Shown here: positions 25,819 through 32,000 of the stretch, in pieces
Numbering within the stretch: position 1 is the first letter of the stretch
How the letters are laid out: every line of letters begins with the position of its first letter
NCBI GenBank assembly: GCA_003144275.1
Contig: NJBF01000007.1
Coordinates: 60,001-92,000 of the forward strand
Reading direction: 5' to 3'
Origin: Candidatus Heimdallarchaeota archaeon B3_Heim
GTDB taxonomy: Archaea > Asgardarchaeota > Heimdallarchaeia > Hodarchaeales > Hodarchaeaceae
Length of the DNA stretch: 32,000 nucleotides
Notes under the pieces: generated by a model
What the model was told of the DNA's origin: nothing
Database searches by the model: none
What the model saw: only the letters and a program-made list of their open reading frames with translations
Made by a program: the position numbers and the translations under genes

Positions 25819-26793
25819 CTATTCACCCAGAAAAGACACACTGTGATCCGAAAGGACTAAAGAATATGTTATGTCATGTTTTACAAATGAATTCGGGAGA
25901 ACTACTGAATTTTGTACTTTTACTCCATCACTTATTGAACAAAAGTCTCCAATTACTGAATTTGTTACTTTATTAGGCGTTGGGTTTTCTACCTCCTTTC
26001 CAATGAGATTACCATTGGAATCTTCTAATTCAACACTTTTTAAAAATTCGAGATTAGTGTTCCATAAATCATAGGCATTACTGATGTGATAAACTTGTGA
26101 TGCAATCTTTCCTCCAACTCTTTTGCCCAGATTAATTAGTTTCATGATTGCGGGAGCTAATTCGTACTCATTTCGAATTGATTTGTCAGTTTCCTTTAAT
26201 GCATCAAATATGGCAGGTGTAAAGATATAAAGAGCTGCTGAGCTTAAGTTACTCAATACTTCGGCCCTTGTCTGAGGTTTCTCACGAATATTCCACACAC
26301 GTCCATTACTATAATCAACTGTGGAACTTTTACACATCTGTTCATAATTCATCTCCTCTAGTGATAGTGTGATAATATTACTTGCATTTAGATGAGTTTT
26401 TGATAACTTCTCTAAATAATCTGCTGAAAATAATGAATCACCAGCAAGCACAATGAAATTATCATACTCTACATACTTCTCTATTTGAAGTACTGCATGT
26501 CCAGTTCCTAAGGGGTCTTTTTGTACAATAAAACAAAATTCTAGATCAGGATAGACCGTGTTAAGTATTTTTTGAATTTGTTGTTCTTCTGGCTTAATAA
26601 CAACTGAAATTTGGTTGATTCCAGCCAATAGTAACCTTTTAATGGAATGAATAATCATGGGAATGTTAACAATTGGAAGTAACGGCTTGCTAATCAACTG
26701 AGAAAAGGGATACATACGAGTCCCCCTTCCTGCAGCCAAAATATAAGCAGGAAGGTTACTTTTGCCCATTCCTGCAAGAAAATTCATAATCAA
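25819..26793 (-). CDS. Sugar-phosphate nucleotidyltransferase (RmlA/GlmU-like) with short C-terminal beta-helix
   Basis: ILAAGRGTRMYP...KPLLPI, QKDPLGTGHAV, LAGDSL, IREKP, RNEYEL, hexapeptide repeats NSVIGDFCSISDGVKVQNSVV. Confidence 0.9.
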   Translation of the reverse strand: MIMNFLAGMGKSNLPAYILAAGRGTRMYPFSQLISKPLLPIVNIPMIIHSIKRLLLAGINQISVVIKPEEQQIQKILNTVYPDLEFCFIVQKDPLGTGHAVLQIEKYVEYDNFIVLAGDSLFSADYLEKLSKTHLNASNIITLSLEEMNYEQMCKSSTVDYSNGRVWNIREKPQTRAEVLSNLSSAALYIFTPAIFDALKETDKSIRNEYELAPAIMKLINLGKRVGGKIASQVYHISNAYDLWNTNLEFLKSVELEDSNGNLIGKEVENPTPNKVTNSVIGDFCSISDGVKVQNSVVLPNSFVKHDITYSLVLSDHSVSFLGE

Positions 26794-26861
26794 AAAGATT
26801 TAAGGGAATTGATTTAATATACTTACGTGTCTCCTTTTTCCAAAAATTCAATCATTCTCGA

Positions 26862-27659
26862 TTGAAGGAGTCAAGAAAATTAATGGTTCTTCTCAAAGCG
26901 GTCTATTTCATTACTGATGAAGGATTTAACATTTATAGTCAATCCTTTGAGTCAACGGATCGAGACCAAGATATGGTTAGCAGTCTAATATTAGCATTAC
27001 AAACATTCGGGAAGGAAGTTATGTCTGAAAATGTTTTACAAACAGTGGGCTTTAGAGGTGCTCAAGATGAAGATAACGAGGGGAAAGATATAGAAGGAAC
27101 ACGAATGATTCTTGAACAAGGGGATAGAGTAAACGCTATTTGCTTTGGAATTCTGGATAAGGATAATACGGAACGAGACGAATACAAGTTACGTGGACAA
27201 CTGCGCGTAATTATAAAAGAAGTCGAAGGGCAATACGCAGAAGAATTAAAAGACCCCATCTTCAGAAAAAACGCTTTCACAGGATTAGAAACGCTCATCA
27301 ATACCCGTTTCTTCCGTGACAAAATGTCTCGTATCTACAAGCAGCAATACGCTAGTTTAAATGAATATTTAAAATATCCAAGATCCCTCCTATTCGAACT
27401 GACGCCAAGAGGAATAAAAACCTACAATTTCTACCGTGACTTTCCAGAAGTTCAACAAAAAATGAAAATTATTGCTGTAGAAGAGTTAGATGGCCTTATT
27501 GATGATATAGAGGAACGGAGTAGTATGATATCCTTTCAAGATTGTATTGAACGCTTTGGAACTGATCGAAGCGGGGAAGTTTTTGAATTGCTGAAATTGC
27601 TGACAAGAAAGGGGGTATTTGACGCGTATAACTTTGAACGAGTGAGTATCACCGCGTAA
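26862..27659 (+). CDS. Longin-like domain protein with C-terminal winged-helix (start may be ATG 26883)
   Basis: KAVYFITDEGFNIYSQSF...MVSSLILALQTFGKEV...LRVIIKEVEGQY..L...FTGLETLI fits the longin beta-beta-alpha-beta-beta-beta-alpha-alpha pattern; tail VFELLKLLTRKGVF is wHTH-like. Confidence 0.7.
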   Translation: MKESRKLMVLLKAVYFITDEGFNIYSQSFESTDRDQDMVSSLILALQTFGKEVMSENVLQTVGFRGAQDEDNEGKDIEGTRMILEQGDRVNAICFGILDKDNTERDEYKLRGQLRVIIKEVEGQYAEELKDPIFRKNAFTGLETLINTRFFRDKMSRIYKQQYASLNEYLKYPRSLLFELTPRGIKTYNFYRDFPEVQQKMKIIAVEELDGLIDDIEERSSMISFQDCIERFGTDRSGEVFELLKLLTRKGVFDAYNFERVSITA

Positions 27660-27672
27660 GTGATCAAGTATT

Positions 27673-28548
27673 TTATGATCCCCTCATATCCCTCGATGCC
27701 TTTAAGATAAGTGCAGTTGTTTTCTTGCTCTCCTTCTCCATTCCATCAATTACCGAAATCAACTTAGTATCGACAGCTAAATTAATTTCATTCTTTATAA
27801 CTTCAGGTAATTGAGCAACGGACTGATTTAATCTCTCTACTACTTGAGAGAATCTTTGAATACTACCATCTTGCACCACAAGTCGCTCGGTGACAGAGGT
27901 TTTAAGCTCATTGACGGAATTTTCTAGATTTATGTTAATATGATCACGTAGGGAGGCTAATTCAACTTGGATTATCGCACTCACCCTATCTCGAAGATCA
28001 GCCACTGTTGCCAGTTGATCAGTCTGATTTTCGATCAAAGAATTTAGATTACTTTCCATCGTTTTTAAGTCATCAGAGATTGAGACGAAACTATTAATGC
28101 TCACTTCATACTGATTACTTGTTTTTTCGGTGGAATTATGAACCATAGTGGTTAAACTCTCTGATAATACCTTCATCCGTCCCACAACATCATCGACATA
28201 TCCAGCTTTTATAGTATTAAGATCTTCTTCAATTTTCCTCTCTGTAGATTTGAAATTAGTCTCCAGTTCATTTAATGATGACTCCAGTGTGGCAAGAACA
28301 GGTGGTAGTTGAGCGATAGAGGCGAGAAGTTCTGGATTGAGTCCCTCATAGGACTCCTGCACATGTCGAATAATGGTTCGAGCAGATTCTTGGAATTTTT
28401 CATCAATCGCCAAGGCGACATCAGAAAAATTACGAATGGAGGTTTCAAGTTCTTGTCGGATTTGAGAAACATCCTGACTCTGTTGAAGCATTTGAAAGAT
28501 CTTTATATTTACGTCATATATTAGTTTCAGGCTTTCTTCGATTCCCAA
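27673..28548 (-). CDS. All-alpha extended coiled-coil protein
   Basis: Nearly continuous heptads rich in L/I/E/S/N/Q, no TM segment, few Gly/Pro. Confidence 0.75.
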   Translation of the reverse strand: MGIEESLKLIYDVNIKIFQMLQQSQDVSQIRQELETSIRNFSDVALAIDEKFQESARTIIRHVQESYEGLNPELLASIAQLPPVLATLESSLNELETNFKSTERKIEEDLNTIKAGYVDDVVGRMKVLSESLTTMVHNSTEKTSNQYEVSINSFVSISDDLKTMESNLNSLIENQTDQLATVADLRDRVSAIIQVELASLRDHININLENSVNELKTSVTERLVVQDGSIQRFSQVVERLNQSVAQLPEVIKNEINLAVDTKLISVIDGMEKESKKTTALILKASRDMRGS

Positions 28549-28705
28549 GTTCTCACTTCACTCTTCTATCCCAATATTGTTTAGGAACAGATTGTGATTA
28601 ATTTTACTAAAGGTGTATCTACAATAAGTTTTCTATTTATGATTGCACTAAGAAGAAATATAAATCCATATTAGTGTGAGAAATAAGTATAAACCGTAGT
28701 AGATT

Positions 28706-29713
28706 TCATTTAAGTCGCCGTAGTAATACAATAAACCGATCATTCTGCAAAATAGCATCATTTAATCGATGAATTAACACAATGGTTTCTGAATACACGA
28801 ATTGTCTGAAATCATTTCCTCTAGCAAGCTGAAATTCTTTTTGGATGTCTTTCACAACGGAAAAGGATACATTTGGAATCCTAGATTCTAAATCACCTGG
28901 TCCTAGATTATATTGCTGGAGGACTGAAGTACTGATGCGTATTGTGTCCTGCAAAGTACGATTCCCATTGAGATAGTCTGATGTATTTGATATATATTTT
29001 TTAATGATGTTTTGAATAATTAATTCTTCTGAAGCATCCAATTCTATCTTACTCTGTAATGGGAACATCTTTTTTAAGTTCTGCAATAATCTCGCTGCAG
29101 GTGCTTCTCGTAGAAGCTTAAAAATCAAATCTTTAATTTTTATACATGGAAACTGTATGACTTCATGAGAATTAGGATGTGGAATCTCTTGTGTTAGAGC
29201 ATATCTTTGAATTTCTTTACACCCATGGAGATAAAAAGTGGGGAATGCGAGATTGGATAAATTTGCATAAGAATTCATTAGTGCTTCAACGGATTCAATT
29301 ATACCCCATTTATCAATTAGACTTTCATACCTATTGAAACCTTTAATTATTTCTTTATTCTTTTCTACTAGGGTGGAAGTATCATCAAATTGTTCGGTTT
29401 GATCGTTAGTATCAGATACTCCAATAATTTCAGTAAGTTTGAGATCTAATTTTTCTACAAGATCTATAAAAACGGGTTTTGCTTCTTTTAACGTTAACAA
29501 ATTTGGCAAAGCTGAATGAACTGTTCTTAGTTCCTTGTACAATCCATCAGGGATATTTTCTCGGTCACTGATATACGAGCTGAGTGTAATAATCAAATTC
29601 AAACTGGTTAGATTTAAATTGATTAGGAAATCTAATTTGTTCTCTAGCACTTCAAGAGGTCTCTGATTGGAAGAATGACCTTCTGGGGGATGTTGATCTT
29701 CATTAAAATTCAT
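28706..29713 (-). CDS. Hypothetical alpha-helical protein
   Basis: 335-aa ORF starting 43 nt downstream of the tubulin-like gene on the same strand; no recognisable motif. Confidence 0.7.
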   Translation of the reverse strand: MNFNEDQHPPEGHSSNQRPLEVLENKLDFLINLNLTSLNLIITLSSYISDRENIPDGLYKELRTVHSALPNLLTLKEAKPVFIDLVEKLDLKLTEIIGVSDTNDQTEQFDDTSTLVEKNKEIIKGFNRYESLIDKWGIIESVEALMNSYANLSNLAFPTFYLHGCKEIQRYALTQEIPHPNSHEVIQFPCIKIKDLIFKLLREAPAARLLQNLKKMFPLQSKIELDASEELIIQNIIKKYISNTSDYLNGNRTLQDTIRISTSVLQQYNLGPGDLESRIPNVSFSVVKDIQKEFQLARGNDFRQFVYSETIVLIHRLNDAILQNDRFIVLLRRLK

Positions 29714-29756
29714 AGTGATAATCTACCTCTTTACCTATCTATTCACATGATTTATA

Positions 29757-31136
29757 TCATTTATTTGCCTGGGTTTGTTCAGGTGTAATATAGTAACCAA
29801 ACAATTTTTCGAGATCGCTTACAGCATCCTCTAATTCTTGTTTTGTTGTACCTTTTGAGCGTTTAAACCAGTGTTGTTTCAATTCTGAATCACCACTGTG
29901 TAAACGTATCAACGATTTTGCTTCTTCTAATATATCATATAATTCTGGTATTCGTGGTAGGCCGAACAACAACAAAAGAGAGGCTCGTGCTTTCTCATCA
30001 TCATAAGCACAATAAGTTGGGGAAATACTTGCACCTTTAGCCAAAAAAGGACTAAGAGCTTTTTTCAATAATGGATCAAATTCAACTCGTGCAATTTCTT
30101 TAGGTCCACTCAATACGGAAAATACTGATGAAGCAGCGGGGTTTGTTCCCATATTAGTTAAACTGCAATGTGCAGCAGTATATTCAACTGCTGCGGCTAA
30201 TTGATTCCCTACATCTCCTACTTCAGGGAAAATGGATAAATCATCAAACATCGCTGGAACAACCACACTATCCAATTTGAGTGCGAAATCTCCGATATCT
30301 GTTGTAGGTAAGACCTCTTTACCTAGTTCAGGTACTCCTGGTGAGAGCATTTCTGCAATAGATTCAAGTGCTAGCGGATTTACAAGTTCAACAAATGCTT
30401 CTTCCATCTGAACGGGAAGAGGGGTGTTTGTTTGGCCTAAAACATTTGGTCTGGTCACATTACTATCTAATGCTGTAAGATCCAGGCCTTTCTCCCGTGT
30501 TATTAAATCAGCCGCTTCTCCCCTTTGCATACTTAATACACGACTCAACATAGTATTATTTGAAAGGAGTAGGATTAGATCGGGACCCATGTTTCCTTCC
30601 TCTAATTGTAATCGAAGGAGTTTAGATAAAGCCCATACGCTGTTCACAGCTTCAGATGATTGGTTTACGAAAGGTAAAACTCCGAATACATAGATGAAAA
30701 TTTTTCGCTTCTCTTGCTCTGCAAACCTTTTTCGCAATAAGCGAATTAAGGCAGGAGTGCCTCCACAACCTGTTCCTCCTCCAAAGCTTGTGAAAATGCA
30801 AAAACCACTGATTCCTTCATAGCCTAATGCCTGCAATTGATTTAAAATTATATCTTCAGAGTCAATAACTGATTCATAACCAGCAGAGAATTTTCCACCC
30901 ACGCCAATTTCTGCATCAGAATAAAGCAGGGTACGCTTCGATGAAATAGAGTACTTTTTTCTCGCTTTTAATAGATCTCCCCTATCGGTATTCATCACTA
31001 AATATTCACGAATACGCGTAGGGAGTTCTCCTTTCTCAGATTTCGCCAAATAGCTACCTACCAGGTTGCTCCCGCATTCTCCAATTCCGATTGCGAATAC
31101 AGATGCTTCTGATCCTTCTAATTTTACATCAGACAT
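29757..31136 (-). CDS. Tubulin/FtsZ-superfamily GTPase (CetZ-like/divergent)
   Basis: T1 IGIGECGSN, T2 MNTDRGDL, T3 GVGGKFSAG, T4 signature SFGGGTGCGG, VLPF, T7 TTDIGDF; GGTGAT RBS at 31143-31148. Confidence 0.9.
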   Translation of the reverse strand: MSDVKLEGSEASVFAIGIGECGSNLVGSYLAKSEKGELPTRIREYLVMNTDRGDLLKARKKYSISSKRTLLYSDAEIGVGGKFSAGYESVIDSEDIILNQLQALGYEGISGFCIFTSFGGGTGCGGTPALIRLLRKRFAEQEKRKIFIYVFGVLPFVNQSSEAVNSVWALSKLLRLQLEEGNMGPDLILLLSNNTMLSRVLSMQRGEAADLITREKGLDLTALDSNVTRPNVLGQTNTPLPVQMEEAFVELVNPLALESIAEMLSPGVPELGKEVLPTTDIGDFALKLDSVVVPAMFDDLSIFPEVGDVGNQLAAAVEYTAAHCSLTNMGTNPAASSVFSVLSGPKEIARVEFDPLLKKALSPFLAKGASISPTYCAYDDEKARASLLLLFGLPRIPELYDILEEAKSLIRLHSGDSELKQHWFKRSKGTTKQELEDAVSDLEKLFGYYITPEQTQANK

Positions 31137-31353
31137 ATTTTAATCACCATCATCCTTACTTATAACAATATTATCGTTGTGGTATCAAATTGAGGAAAAT
31201 AATGTTGTTTTTTTCAGCAAAGAAACTCATTCAGCTTAGTGTTATTACTAAATTTGATAAATGTTTTGAAACCTTTTCTTTACCCAATTCCATCAAGCAG
31301 GCATTAAAAATTCAAATATTATGAGAATAAGATCACTGAAAACTATTTCTTCA

Positions 31354-32000
31354 TTATTTGCTAAATATCTTTTCTATCTGTCGAATTGGTAATTTTGAAG
31401 GTCGTAAAACCCTTGGAATATTCCTATCATGATCAAGGAATTGTGTAAGGTATCTGAATCCACTACTCTTTAATGATTTCCTTTGATCATTGGTTAAAGA
31501 GGAGATATATTCTGTGTATACACCAATCATTACGTATTCTATTGTTTCATTTGATAGATTACCTTTTAATGAATAGATATTAGGTCTGTATTTTTGCAGT
31601 TTTAATTCAAAACCCGACCTATCTTTGATACCCCACTTCGCTTGAACTTTCTCCCATACATACTGGGGATATTCACGATGTCTAAAATCCTTTATCCTCT
31701 TCTTATTAAACAGAGTTGTAACGAAATCATCAAAATTACCAGAACTCAATAAGTGATCGCGATATCCTAAAGCATTCCACCTATCACTGTTTTTAACCAT
31801 ATACACCTTTTTGTGCTCTTTGGGTAAAAAAGTGTCAGTTGTCAGATCCACAATTAATCCTCTTGGTGTACCCCTGTTTTTTGGAGTAAGAACTTCTATC
31901 TGCTCAGTACATTCGAACCAATATCGCTGAAAAGCCAACCGACTACTTAAATTTCCTAGATTTCGTTTTAATTTTGAATACAACTGTGGTTCAAGAAGTT
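31354..32000 (-). CDS. Hypothetical protein, 5' end outside window
   Basis: The frame stays open from 31983 to the window edge (…LLEPQLYSKLK…), so the track's start is probably not the real one. No family recognised. Confidence 0.65.
   Translation of the reverse strand, partial: LLEPQLYSKLKRNLGNLSSRLAFQRYWFECTEQIEVLTPKNRGTPRGLIVDLTTDTFLPKEHKKVYMVKNSDRWNALGYRDHLLSSGNFDDFVTTLFNKKRIKDFRHREYPQYVWEKVQAKWGIKDRSGFELKLQKYRPNIYSLKGNLSNETIEYVMIGVYTEYISSLTNDQRKSLKSSGFRYLTQFLDHDRNIPRVLRPSKLPIRQIEKIFSK

Noticed and set aside
25485-30693. Short ORFs at 25485, 25871, 27062, 28272, 28309 and 30424
   Set aside because: Overlap stronger genes in antisense or alternate frames, with no independent evidence.
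1-32000. tRNA, rRNA, CRISPR arrays, IS transposases/integrases
   Set aside because: All intergenic gaps are AT-rich with no cloverleaf-like stems or regularly spaced repeats; no DDE or tyrosine-recombinase motifs were recognised by eye. tRNAscan/Infernal were not run.

Overview
AT-rich, gene-dense archaeal chromosome segment. It is most likely from an Asgard archaeon (Heimdallarchaeia/Hodarchaeales-like). This is an inference from GGTGA-type ribosome-binding sites, PGF-like C-terminal sorting tails, a longin-like protein, a CxxC/H2 RING protein, a eukaryote-like primase pair and a tubulin-superfamily GTPase. The window holds two surface-anchored six-hairpin glycosidase-like genes, pcp, a SAM methyltransferase, a CaCA antiporter, priS/priL, a PHP hydrolase, a flippase-like protein, a Hef/FANCM-like helicase and arsC. 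It also holds an AAA+/wHTH ATPase plus an Mrr-like domain behind a long non-coding gap, DUF61, a secreted FKBP-like protein, a PAC2 chaperone, a membrane-anchored RING protein, a sugar nucleotidyltransferase and a tubulin-like/coiled-coil/longin cluster. The most striking structure lies at 11869-14892. A stranded 5' fragment of a membrane glycosyltransferase-like gene is followed by an inverted free-standing LAGLIDADG gene, a small AbrB gene missing from the ORF track, and a full-length copy of the same membrane gene. This looks like a homing-endonuclease cassette that inserted and supplied a replacement 5' end. No tRNA, rRNA or CRISPR array was seen. All family calls are motif-based by eye; no database search was run, and reference motifs quoted for other proteins are recalled from memory.
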